From Chiloscyllium plagiosum (taxonomy: Eukaryota): 61,056 nt of DNA. Of this stretch, positions 25,020 to 36,839 are shown in pieces; position 1 is the stretch's first letter, and every line of letters begins with the position of its first letter. The notes under the pieces are model-generated. The model was not told the DNA's origin. It ran no database searches and worked only from the letters and a program-made list of their open reading frames with translations. The position numbers were made by a program, and so were the translations under genes. The stretch is taken from NCBI RefSeq assembly GCF_004010195.1, contig NC_057755.1, positions 6,868,529 through 6,929,584 of the forward strand, written 5' to 3'.

Positions 25020-26830
25020 ATCCAGGACCTGCCGTTCTCCCAGAGAGGAGATGAAACCTCAGGGTAATGCAGAGACAAAACTCATCTGGGCCCCACGGGA
25101 TGCAGCCTTTCGAACAGGCCTCAGGACCAGGATCTCCGTGGAGAAAGCTCATGTTTGAAGGTTTCCTGTTTCCAACCTCTTTCTCTTCGAATCCTCAAGT
25201 GGCCGGAAAGATCCCTTCGGGAAGAAAGAGGCAGTATTAGTTGAAAGGCGAGGAATATCTTTTGCAGGGAGATAGCACAGCAAGATCCCAGGTTTTCTCC
25301 TCTCAGTGACACAGACAATCCCTCAGCAATATCCAGATACAGAAATATCGGGCGATATTTTGAGTTTTCATGTTGAAAATCGTTTTGAAATTGTGTGTTA
25401 GCTGATTGAAACACTCACTGCCGGCAATGATGGCATCTGATGCACAGCAAGATCCCACACGCGACAACGTTGCAGAAGCTCCATGACCTGATCATTTTTA
25501 TTTCCCTCCGTGATGCTGTTTCAGTTTAATTATTTCCTGTCACCCCAGAATTGAACATTACAGCTATTTCACAATCTCACAATGTCTGTCTCTCTCTCTC
25601 TCTTTCCTTCTGTTTCTGCTGCTCTCTCCACTTTTCAATTCTTTCTCTCACTCATTTTCTCGCCCTGTCGAATTTTATCATCCTCCCCTCTCTATGACCC
25701 ACATGATTCTGACAGCGTGACAATTCTTTACAGAGGGTCAGATATTTTGGGTTTTAATTCTCTCCTCAGGGAGTCCTGCCTCCCAGACCCTGGGGGTTAG
25801 CCTGTTTGTGTCACAATCCCAAGGTCTCGGTGACTTTAGCCCCAGGCTTCAAACCACTTTTAACAACGACAGGGCCGCGTTCTGACAGGACCCAGTTAAC
25901 CAGAGGCCCCCACAATCCCCCCCACCCCCCCCCCAAGAGGATACTAACCCTTGGTGGATAAAGAGACCCCACTCACCTGGGCCGCACGGGGTGCATCCTG
26001 GCAAACAGGCCTCAGGCCTTTGCTTCCCCTCTGGAGGTTGTCCTTGTCCAAGGCTTTCCTGGCCCCAATCTTTAATTTGCAGCTTTTCCAACGAACATTC
26101 CTCGAGGTAAAAGAGAAAATAGGTGAGTTGAAAGGCGTCGAGAGAACACTTTGATGCAAAGTTACATAGCAAGATCCCAGGTTTAAAAGCACCTCCTCTT
26201 CAGCAGCCGCATCCTCAATGCATTGTATAACGTCACTGAAATATCAAAATACAAACAAAACATAAGACAGCAATTAAGCAGAGGCTGGAAACATTAATAA
26301 GTGCACACACACACAAACACAGACACACACACACACACACACAGACACACACACACAAAGACACACACACAACCAGAACTGCTCACTTTCGAGAGAGAGA
26401 AAAAGAACAGGATTTGGGAATCAATCTGACAGTTTATTGTCAACATTTATTCTGGGTGAGGGGTTTGTGGACTCTCCACCCCTTCCCTCTCTGACACATT
26501 GCAATGTCTGTCATTCTGCTCTCTGGGGAGGGCTCTGTGTGTTTGAGAAGTTAATTCCCAGGATCTTGCTACCCACTGGGATGTTAATCCTAGGGCAGCA
26601 AAGCCTTACAATTCCTAGTTGGTTAAACTCTTCCTTCAACCGTGTTTGTCATGTCGGTGCAGTTTGAAAATATTAAACATTGAGTCTACACTAGCGTCTA
26701 AAAGCCTGAATGTAGACACCCCGAGACACAAAAAGGGCTGGGAAGAGAGGCCATATTTGCTAAGGATCTCTCAGGAGTTTCCTGCTCTATGCATATTGCA
26801 ACAATTAAATCCTTGCTCCCACAATTAGAC
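25020..26830 (-). repeat. Locally duplicated module, copy 1 (type A, leader-like and type B exon-like units)
   Basis: Homologous to 47360-49260 and 50350-52900 through shared anchors, e.g. tcaccccagaattgaacatta, cagcaagatcccagg and tcacaatcccaagg. Confidence 0.85.
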
Positions 26831-26859
26831 AGTCTCTCTCTCTCTCTCTCTCTCCCTTC

Positions 26860-29170
26860 AACAGGAATGAGGCTTATGTGCCAAGGGGATTGAGGGTAAA
26901 ATGGGAGGGAGGTGGAGCTGGGGAGACGGTAGCTGGGAATGTGATAGGTTGATGAAAGTGGGGGTGAATGTGATAGATCAGAGAGGAGAGAGGAGGAGAG
27001 AGGAAGGAAGGAAAATGGATAGGTAGGACAGGACACGAGGGTGGTGCTGAGTTGGAAGGTTGGGACTGGGATAAGATGGGGAGAGGGGAATGGGAAAACT
27101 GGTGAAAACAACATTGATCCTGTGTTGTTGCAGGATCCCAAGGCTGAAGGTAAAGTATTCTTCCTCCAGGCATCAGGGTGATTAGGGTTTGGCGATGGAG
27201 GCGGCCCAAGACCAGCATGTTCTCGGTGAAGTGGGAGGGGGGAGTTGAAGTGTTCAGTCACAGGACAGTGGGGTTGGTTGGTGCGGGTTCTCTGAAATGT
27301 TCTCTGAAACGATCTGCAAGTTGGCGTCCTGTCTCCCCAATGTAGAGGAGATCACATCACGTGCAACGGATCTAGTAGATGAGGTGTGCGGAAGTACAAG
27401 CAGATTTCTGTCTGATGTGGAAGGATACTTTGGGGCCTTGGATAGAGGTTATGGGGGAGATCTGGGTACAGGTTATGCCCTTCCTGCAGTGACAGGGCAA
27501 GGTACCGGGAGGGGAGGGTGGGTTGGTTGGGGCTGTGGACCTGACAAGGCAGTCACGGAGGGAATGGTCTCTCCAAAACGCAGATGGGGTGGGGAGGGAA
27601 ATATGCTGGTGGGGTCTGTTTATAGCTTGTGGAAATGACAGAGGATGATGTGTTGTATACGGATGTGGAGGAGAAGTGCTGGATGGGTAATTGTGATCTT
27701 TGAAGATGGAGACCATCTGGGATGTTCTATGATGGAATTGGTCCTTCTGGGAGCCAATGTGGTAGAGGCAATGGCATGGAAAATAAGGGATAGCATTCTT
27801 ACAGGAGGCAGATGCAGGCCAGGTAGCTGTGGGTTTTTCGTGGATGTCCATGTTGAGTCGGTTGCTGAAAATGGAAATGGAGAGGTCCTGGAAGGGGATG
27901 GAGGTGTCTGAGATTGTCCAGATGAACTCAGGGTTGGAGTGGAATGCGTTGGTGAATTGAAGAATTGCTCACCATTCTCATGGGAGCACGAGGTGGCGCC
28001 GATACAGTCATCGAAGTAACGGTGGGAAAAAGTGGCAGGTGGTGCCAGTGTAGCTGTGGAAGATGGACTCAATTAGGAGACAGGCGTAGCTGGGGCCCAT
28101 GTGGGTGCCCGTGGGTACTCTTTTCATCTGGAGGAAGTGGGAGGACTGGAAGGAGAAACTGTTGAAGGTGAGGATCAGTTCTGCCAGGCGAGCGAGAGGG
28201 TCAGTGGAAGGATCCTGGTTGAGTTGGCGTGAGAGGAAGAAATGGAGAGCTTTGAGACCTTCGTCATGGTGGACGGATGTGCACAGGGACTGGATGTCCA
28301 TATCCATATCCGTGGATGCCCATCCCCAAGGCGGTATGGGTCCGGGAAACAAAATTCATGGAAGATTTGGAGGGCGTGGGTGGTGTCCCGAACGTAGGTG
28401 GGGATTTCCTGGACTAAGGGGGACAGGATGGTGTCAAGGTATGCAGACATATGTTTAGTGGGGAAGGAGCAGGCTGAGACAATGGGTCAACCGAGGCAGT
28501 CAGTTTTGTGAATCTTGTGAAGGAGTAAAATAGGGTGGTGTGGGGTTCCCTGACGATGATGATGAGGTGATGAGGTTGTGGATTGTCTGGCAGATGATGG
28601 TTTGGTGATGGGAGGTGAGGTCATGGTTGGCTGGGTAGTAGGAGGAGGTATCTGTGAGTTGGTACCTGGCCTCAGTGGTCTAGCGGTCGTTCAACAAACT
28701 AGCTCATGGACCCTCACTGCCCACTTGTCTGCTGGTTTGAGGGGAAGGTTGGGTTTTGAGAGGAGGGGAGTGGAGGACTGCGGGTTGCAAGACTGAGAGG
28801 GTGAGACTCACCAACCACACGGGATCAATGTGGTTTTCACCAGTTTTCCCATTTATCCTCCTGCTACCTTATCCCAGTTCCAACCTTCCAACTTGGCATT
28901 GTCCCCTTGAACTGTCCTACCCGTGCACCATCCTTCCTTCCTTTCTGCTCCACCTCCTCTCCAAACTATCACCATCAGCCCCACCTTCACCAACTGTTAC
29001 ATTTCTCCCCCCCCCTTCCCTACCCCCCTCCCATTTATCTCTCAGCCCCCTTGACCCGCATGCCACATCCATGATGAAGGGGTTGTGCGGGAATCCTCAA
29101 ATCTCCTTTGCCTGAACATTTCCAGCACCACACTCCCGACTCTGATCTCCAGCATCTACAGTCCTCAATC
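26860..29170 (-). mobile_element. Degenerate Penelope-like element (RT and GIY-YIG) with an inverted terminal copy
   Basis: Peptides MDIQSLCTS, LAELILTFNSFSFQSSHFLQMKRVPTGTHMGPSYACL, RYFDDCIG, GTLPCHCRKG. Confidence 0.88.
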
Positions 29171-29576
29171 TCTCCTCGCTTGGAAAGCAGGGCAGACATT
29201 GCTGGAATGAGGCATTTTCTCAGGCATTCACTGATATCAGGTTCTGGGATTTGCATTTTAATCACCTTCAAAGAGCTGTCTCCATTTCCTATCGCTGCAG
29301 AGGGAAATCACATTTTGATGATGCAGGACAATAAACAGCTTTTGAGACAATTCCCCATTGCAACAGTAATTCAGCCCCAATCTGAAACTTGTAGACATGT
29401 AACAGGACAGATATGAGCCAGCAGCTTTCTGTGTTCCTGCTCTCAATGTAACATTTGATTGTTTAGTTTATCTTGTCTTCAGTCTAACGACCAACAAGGA
29501 ACACTTTACATCTCACATTATTTAGGTTCTCCTGCCTTTTGACCAGACTTTCCATGTCTAACCGGCCCCATCTAAG

Positions 29577-29609
<33 letters not shown>

Positions 29610-29959
29610 CCCGGATTCATTCTTTTGTCAAAGTGAACCAAGGGGGTGGATGAGGGAATCAAGCTCGTTCATCAGTGACTGTCTACGTGTGGATTATACA
29701 TTCTTCCTGTGTCTGCGTGGGCGGTTTCCTCTTGGTGCCCTGAGTTCCTCCGACAGTCCAATGTTGAGTGGGTTCGATGGATTGACAACGGGAAATTGCT
29801 CCTAGTGTTTCCGGGCAAGTGCAGACTCAGTGGGTTAGCCATTCTCCCGTCTGTTTCCATTTATAGTGACCAAGTTCGAAAACAGATCAAATGCATTGTT
29901 TGACACAATTCCCTTTACTGATCAGGGCATTGAGTTTCGGAGATGGGAAGTTATGTCAT

Positions 29960-30855
29960 AGAGTCATAGAGATGTACAGTGCGGAAACAGACCCTTCGGT
30001 CCAATCTGTCCATGCCGACCAGATATCCCAACCTAATCTATTCCCACCTGCCAGCACATATCCCTCCAAACCCTTCCTATTCATATACCCATCCAAATGC
30101 CTCTTAAATTTTGCAATTGTACCAGCGTCCACCACTTCCTCTGGCAGCTCATTCCATACACGTACCACCCTCTGGGTGAACAAGTTGCCCCTTAGGTCTC
30201 TTTTATATCTTTCCCCTCTCACCCTAAACATATGCCCTCTAGTTCTGAACTCCCCTACTTTGTCTATTATCCTATCCATGCCCCTCATAATTTTGTAAAC
30301 CTCTATAACGTCACCCGTCAGCCTCTGACGGTCCAGGGAAAACAGCCCCAGCCTGTTCGGCCTCCCCCTGTAGCTCAGATCCCCCAACCCTGGCAACATC
30401 CTTGTAAATCTTTCCTGAACCCTTTCAAGTTTCACAACATCTTTCCGATAGGAAGGAGACCAGAATTGCACACAGTATTCCAACAGTGGCCGAACCAATG
30501 ACCTGTCCAGCCGCAACATGACCTCCCAACTCTGAACTCAATACTCTGACCAATAAAGGAAAGCATACCAAACACCTTCTTCACTATCCTATCTACCTGC
30601 GACTCCACTTTCAAGGAGCTATGAACCTGCACTCCAAGGTCTCTTTGTTCAGCAACACTCCCTAGGACCTTACCATTAAGTGTATAAATCCTTCCAAGAT
30701 TTGCTTTCCCAAAATGCAGCACCTTGCATTTATCTGAATGAAACTCCAACTGCCACTTCTCAGCCCATTGGCCCATCAGGTCCAGATCCTGCTGTAATCT
30801 GAGGAAACCCTCTTCGCTGTCCACTACACCTTCAATTTTGGTGTCATCTGCAATG
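29960..30855 (-). mobile_element. Relatively young CR1 3' ~0.9 kb
   Basis: ORFs 29956..30519 and 30432..30824: LQQDLDLMGQWAEKWQLEF...LVRPLLEYCVQFWSP...WNELPEEVV. Confidence 0.92.
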
Positions 30856-31430
30856 TTGGTGCTGAACAGGACATTGCTGAGACCACTCTTAGAATATTGT
30901 GTGCAGTTCTGCTCTCCCTCCTGTAAGAAGGATGTTGCAAAACTTGAAATGCTTCAGAAAAGATTTGCAAGGATGCTGCCAGGGTTGGAGGGTTTGAGCT
31001 AGAGGGAGAGGCTAAATAGTATGGGGCTGTTTTCACTCGAGAGGCTGAGCCTCAGGGGTGACCTTACAGAGGTTTATAAAATCATGAAGGTCACAGTGTG
31101 AATAGACAATGTCTCTTTTCCTGGGATGGGGAGGTGCAGAAATAGTGGGTACAGGTTTCGAGGGAAAGGGGATAAAACTGACAGGGACCAAAGGGACAAC
31201 TTTCTCACACAAGGGTTTGTGCGTGCATGGAACGAGCTGCCAGAGGAAGTGGTGGAGGCTGGTACAATTACACCTTTCAAAAGGCATGTGGATGGGTACA
31301 TGAATAGAGGGATTCGGGTCAAGTGTTGGTTAATGGGAGTGGATTAATATAGGATCCATGGCCAGCATGAACAAGATGGACTGAATGGTCTGTATTCATG
31401 CTGTACAGTTCTATGGCTCTATGACTCTAA
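30856..31430 (+). mobile_element. CR1 3' fragment
   Basis: Peptide NFLTQGFVRAWNELPEEVVEAGTITPFKRHVDGYMNR; tail ctatgactcta. Confidence 0.85.
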
Positions 31431-32054
31431 ATTCGCAAGCTTGCTGAGCGCGAGTCTTATCCAAGTGAGGGTAAATGTGCTCTATCATTCAACACAGTTT
31501 ATTTACAGCTTAACACCTGATGGATTAAACAAATGAACAGGGAGTGCAGCCTGACTTGGAACATGTTACAAAGTTCAGTTCAGTGAAAGGACAGCTGACA
31601 ATCTGATATTGACATACTGCAGCCTGGCACATTGTATCTGTCTCTGTCAAATCCTGAAAGTCTCCCCGAATATCATTGGAACTTCCTCAACAACAACAGC
31701 AACAAGAAGCAGTAAATCATGAGAATTCTCCAATGAACAAAACCCATGCACTGTATTAATGTCGAACAGTCCCACCACTCAGTCAGTGTTATAATCTAGG
31801 ACCACACCTCGGAATCAATATGATAATTTGGTTAGGCATCAGGAACTTGCTTTCTCTTCTTACAGTATAAACAAATAAGCAAAGGTTTTGTGCAGATTAT
31901 ATCTATCTCCACATGTATTCACAGTTTCTTCGGGACTTAGTTGGACTGGGAGCAGGGACTGCAGTTTCTAAATAATACAATGAACAGCAGAAAGAAGTTA
32001 CTTTGTTCTTTCTATTGAATTCAAGTGAAGATTTTGAAACTTTATGCTGTCAAT

Positions 32055-32068
32055 CCACAAGAGGGCAG
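32055..32068 (+). promoter_or_regulatory. CTCF-type motif CCACAAGAGGGCAG in a diverged duplicate of the 33.9-kb region
   Basis: 31910-32070 is homologous to 33885-34100. Confidence 0.4.
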
Positions 32069-32189
32069 ACGATTTTGAACTCGACATGAAGCAGTCGGAC
32101 AGTTGCTAAATGAGATAATGGACATGAGGGGAAAATGGATGAAGGGATTGAGCTTAATGATCCCACTAGATCTCATACACACCAGTACA

Positions 32190-33500
32190 CTCTCGTGCAC
32201 ACACTCTCACAAGCGCACATCTGTGTGTATGTGTGTGCGTGAGAGAGAGAGTGAGAGAGAGAAAAACCGTGCGTGAGACACAGACAGAGAAAGTGAACAT
32301 GTGTGTGTCTGAGGGAAAGAGAGACAAAGAGAGAGAAAGAGAGCGAGATTGTAGGTGAGAGGGAGTGACCGTTTTTGTATGTGTTTCTGTGACCCAATGT
32401 GTGTGTGTGAGGGAGAGTGACTGTGTGTGTGTGTGCGTTTGTGAGAGAGGGTGTGAATGTGTGTGCGTGTGTGGAGATTGACTGTGTGTATGACAGAGAG
32501 TGCTCCTCTGTGTGTGTGAGAGAGTGACTGAACGTGTTGGTGTGTGATAGAGTGACTGTGTGCGTAGAGAGTGACTGTGTGTGTGAGAGAGGGAGTATGT
32601 GTGTGTGACCGTTATTGCCTGGGAATGACAGTGTGTGCGAGAAAATTAACCTGCTTGGGCTCATTTATGTGAGAGTGACTGCATGTGCGTGTATGTGTGT
32701 CCAAAATTCTTTGAGCCTCTCTGCTCTGCTCTGATTCCCCATTGGATTGCTGGTTCTGAACATCCACATAAACACTCTTTCTAATTCCATGGGCCATGTC
32801 CAGCTCATAAACACAGCATCTGATTTCATTCTGGTGTGTGATACAGGAGCCCATCAGTGCCAGGGGGCAAGTGAATCACTCTCACATACAGACTCTCTCT
32901 CTCTTTCTGTCTCATACACAATTTCTCTGCCTTTCTCTCTCTCATGTAAAATCTCACAATTTATTTTTCCCTCCCATGTACAATCTCAATGTTTCCCTCT
33001 GTCTCAGCATCTGTCTTATACATAATGTCAGTATCTCTTCCTTGCTCGTACACAATTTCACACACTCCCGGCAACTTTCTCATCAATAATCTCACTCTTG
33101 TACACCATCTCTCTCTCATACACAGTCTATCTCTCTCTCTCTCTGTCTCCCATACACAATCTCTCGCTCCCTCTCATGCACTGAATCAATATTGCTCACC
33201 TTCATCAGCAATCTCTCTATCCCTCTCACTCATACACCCTCTCACTATCTCTCTCTAATACCATCTCACTATTTCTCTCTCATGCACCATCTCTTACTCT
33301 CCCTCCCTCATTTAGAATCTATCCATCGCTCTCTCTCATACACCATTTCACTATTGACCTCTCTCATACAGAATCTCTCTCTTTCTGTCATATACCATCT
33401 CACTGTCGCTCTCTCCCAAACACAATCTCTCTCTCCCTCTCCATCTCTCACTCTCTCTCTCGCACACACACGTATACACACACACATATACACACACATG
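32190..33500. repeat. Degenerate GT/GA and CT/CA low-complexity tracts
   Basis: Seen directly. Confidence 0.8.
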
Positions 33501-34085
33501 ATCTTGGATTCGTTGTTGTGTCGAAGTTAAACAAGGGACATGAGGGAGAGGATGAGGGAATCAATTTCGTTGACCAGTGACAATATGTGTGGAGTTGATG
33601 CATTCTCCCTGTGTCTGCGTGGGCGGTTTCATCTGGGTGCCCCGAGTTCCTCCTACAGTCCAAAGATGAGAGGTTGTGATGGATTGACAATGGGAAATTG
33701 CCCATAGTGTTTCCGGGGATGTGCAGACTCAGTGGGTTAGCAATCTGAAATGCAGGGTGATAGGGTCTGGGTGAGATGCCCTTCAGAGGGTTGGTGTGGA
33801 GACGAAGGGCCAAAAGGCATTTCGCACCGTGCACCTTTTCTCATTTGGTTTTCTTTGACAAACGTTTTGTGCTGACTATTTCCGCATGTATTCACAGTTG
33901 TTTTGGGACTTGTTTGGACTGGGAGCAGGGACTGCAGTTCACAAATGACACAATGAACAGCAGAAATAAATTACTTTGTTCTTTCAATTGAATTCCAGTG
34001 AAGATATTGAAGCAGTATGCTCTCAATCAATATAGTGAACTCAACTTGGAGCAGTCAAACAGACTTACAGCAGTACGGTCTCAAC

Positions 34086-34099
34086 CCACTAGAGGGCAG
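34086..34099 (+). promoter_or_regulatory. CTCF-type motif CCACTAGAGGGCAG
   Basis: Matches the CCASYAGRKGGC consensus. GCAGTAC lies 9 nt upstream and resembles the CTCF upstream motif. Confidence 0.55.
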
Positions 34100-35802
34100 A
34101 CTATTGCAAACACTGCATGGAGCAGTCAAACAGATTCACTTCATAATGAAAGATCACACAGTCTTCACTCTGGCAAAGGGCATTACAGCATTGGTTCTAA
34201 GGTTTCTTTTGAAAAGAAACTGTTCCATTTTGATAAAGATAATAATGGTGGGAAGGTTAAAGATCCTTAAGGGAGCAATCTGAACTGGACCAAATTGAAA
34301 TTTGGCAAAATTATAGACTAAGAACAGGATATCTTCTGCAAGCATGAGTTTAACTTAACACGTATGATAAAAGATCAAGGAAACTTCAATCTGGGGGAAA
34401 TCAGGATGAAGGGTTATCACCCACTGGCTCGGTAGATGCTGCCTGATTTGCACTGCATTTTCCAGTACTACACTTTATTGATTGCTTTAATGTGGGCTAT
34501 TAAAGGTGAAAGCAGGAACAATTCCTACTATTTCACAGCCTAATGAGTCTCAGTGTGGTGAAAAAACGCAACGATCTTGAAAACAGGCATCTGAAACAAA
34601 ATGTAATTTGATAAAATTACAGATTTAGACCCGAATGTCTTTAATAAACATGCATTTAACGCAAAACTGGTTCAATATGCGTTCGTTGATTCACGAACGA
34701 AAATGATCAAGAAAATGACCAGAAGTCACATTAAGACGAAAGAAACGTAATAGAAGCATATTAAGACAGTGGGAGACCTAAAGCAGAGGAGGATGTTAAA
34801 ATGCAGAAATAAACTGTATCGAATTATAAAATCAGAAGACGAGGTATTGCAGTTTAATGGCTTGTACACTTTATCTTTCACAAACAGATAGAGAACGATG
34901 TGGGCTTAAAAATGTGCTGCTGGAAAAGGGTTTATGCCCGAAACGTCGATTCTCCTGTTCCTTTGATGCTGCGCTTTTCCAGCAACACATTTTTAAGCCC
35001 ACATCGTTCTCTATCTGTTTGTGAAAGATAAAGTGTACAAGCCATTAAACTGCAATACCTCGTCTTCTGATTTTATAATTCGATACAGTTTATTTCTGCA
35101 TTTTAACATCCTCCTCTGCTTTAGGTCTCCCACTGTCTTAATATGCTTCTATTACGTTTCTTTCGTCTTAATGTGACTTCTGGTCATTTTCTTGATCATT
35201 TTCGTTCGTGAATCAACGAACGCATATTGAACCAGTTTTGCGTTAAATGCATGTTTATTAAAGACATTCGGGTCTAAATCTGTAATTTTATCAAATTACA
35301 TTTTGTTTCAGATGCCTGTTTTCAAGATCGTTGCGTTTTTTCACCACACTGAGACTCATTAGGCTGTGAAATAGTAGGAATTGTTCCTGCTTTCACCTTT
35401 AATAGCCCACATTAAAGCAATCAATAAAGTGTAGTACTGGAAAATGCAGTGCAAATCAGGCAGCATCTACCGAGCCAGTGGGTGATAACCCTTCATCCTG
35501 ATTTCCCCCAGATTGAAGTTTCCTTGATCTTTTATCATACGTGTTAAGTTAAACTCATGCTTGCAGAAGATATCCTGTTCTTAGTCTATAATTTTGCCAA
35601 ATTTCAATTTGGTCCAGTTCAGATTGCTCCCTTAAGGATCTTTAACCTTCCCACCATTATTATCTTTATCAAAATGGAACAGTTTCTTTTCAAAAGAAAC
35701 CTTAGAACCAATGCTGTAATGCCCTTTGCCAGAGTGAAGACTGTGTGATCTTTCATTATGAAGTGAATCTGTTTGACTGCTCCATGCAGTGTTTGCAATA
35801 GT

Positions 35803-35816
35803 CTGCCCTCTAGTGG
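35803..35816 (-). promoter_or_regulatory. CTCF-type motif (mirror copy in the right arm)
   Basis: CTGCCCTCTAGTGG on the + strand. Confidence 0.55.
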
Positions 35817-35936
35817 GTTGAGACCGTACTGCTGTAAGTCTGTTTGACTGCTCCAAGTTGAGTTCACTATATTGATTGAGAGCATACTGCTTCAATATCT
35901 TCACTGGAATTCAATCTGAAGCAATGTGCTCTGAAT

Positions 35937-35950
35937 CCACTAGAGGGCCG
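35937..35950 (+). promoter_or_regulatory. CTCF-type motif CCACTAGAGGGCCG
   Basis: Core match with GCAATGT 9 nt upstream. Confidence 0.5.
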
Positions 35951-36169
35951 ATTATTATCAACTGAACTTTTACTTGTTTCACAAGGAAAGATCAAAGGGA
36001 TTGCAATTTGACAGATTTCAGAATAAAACTGCATTCAATGTTTGCACTGAGGTCAAGAGCAGTATACAGTTCCCAAAATTTTACCTCTTGGGGAAGCACA
36101 CTGTACTGAGAAGGAAAGAATAGCCATAAGGTAGCAATCTAAACCAAACAGTATTTGGATATAATTACA

Positions 36170-36430
36170 GATTAGATTAGAGTCCTTACAGCGTGGAAAC
36201 AGGTCCTCCAGCCCAACAGATCCAACCGCCCACCCGAAAAGTAACACACCCAGACCCATTTCGCTCTGACTGACGCACCTAACACTTATGGGCAATTTGG
36301 CATGGCCAGCTCACCTGACCTGCACATCTTTAGACTGTGGGAGAAAACCCGCACAGACACAGAGCCGATGTTGGAGCCGAACCCAGGTGCTGGCGCTGCA
36401 AGGCAGCAGTGCTAGCCACTGAGCCACTGT
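36170..36430 (-). mobile_element. HE1-type SINE
   Basis: gattagattag tail and gctagccactgagccac head, reversed. Confidence 0.85.
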
Positions 36431-36839
36431 ATTGTTCAACTGGACGTGCTTTTAATGCAGCATTCTTTATATGTCCAAATATGATTTGATCCACTTATAA
36501 ACCCGGAATAAATCATGTACCAGAGAATGATTGGTCATAACATTCAGAATAAAACAATAATATCATAACACATAGAAGCAGAAATTAGGCCATTTGGCCC
36601 ATCGAGTCTGGTCCGTGAACTGTCACAGCTGATAGGTTTTTCAAACCCATTTCCCCCCTTCACCCTGTAATCTTTGTTCCCCTTCACAATCAAGAACTTA
36701 TCTATCTGTTTTACATATACTCAATGACCGGGCCTCCAAAGCTTTGTGTGACAGTGAATTCCATAGATTCATCAGTCTCTGGCTGGGATGGAATTACATT
36801 GGAAGCAGGTCAGAACAGGTTCACTGGATTGATTGCAGT

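Larger units (their letters stand above)
33987..35915. repeat. Large inverted repeat: arms 33987-34928 and 34974-35915 (942 bp each), 45-bp spacer
   Basis: Identical ORFs are mirrored on opposite strands (34154..34345- vs 35557..35748+; 34017..34283+ vs 35619..35885-). Coordinate pairs sum to 69902. One mismatch was noted near the centre (34917/34985). Confidence 0.96.

Noticed and set aside
33998..35904. Duplicated small ORFs as a gene pair
   Set aside because: They are a trivial consequence of the inverted repeat and have no recognisable protein features.
33987..35915. DNA transposon with long terminal inverted repeats
   Set aside because: No transposase and no evident TSD. The left arm continues seamlessly into sequence paralogous to 31910-32070, so it is host flank.
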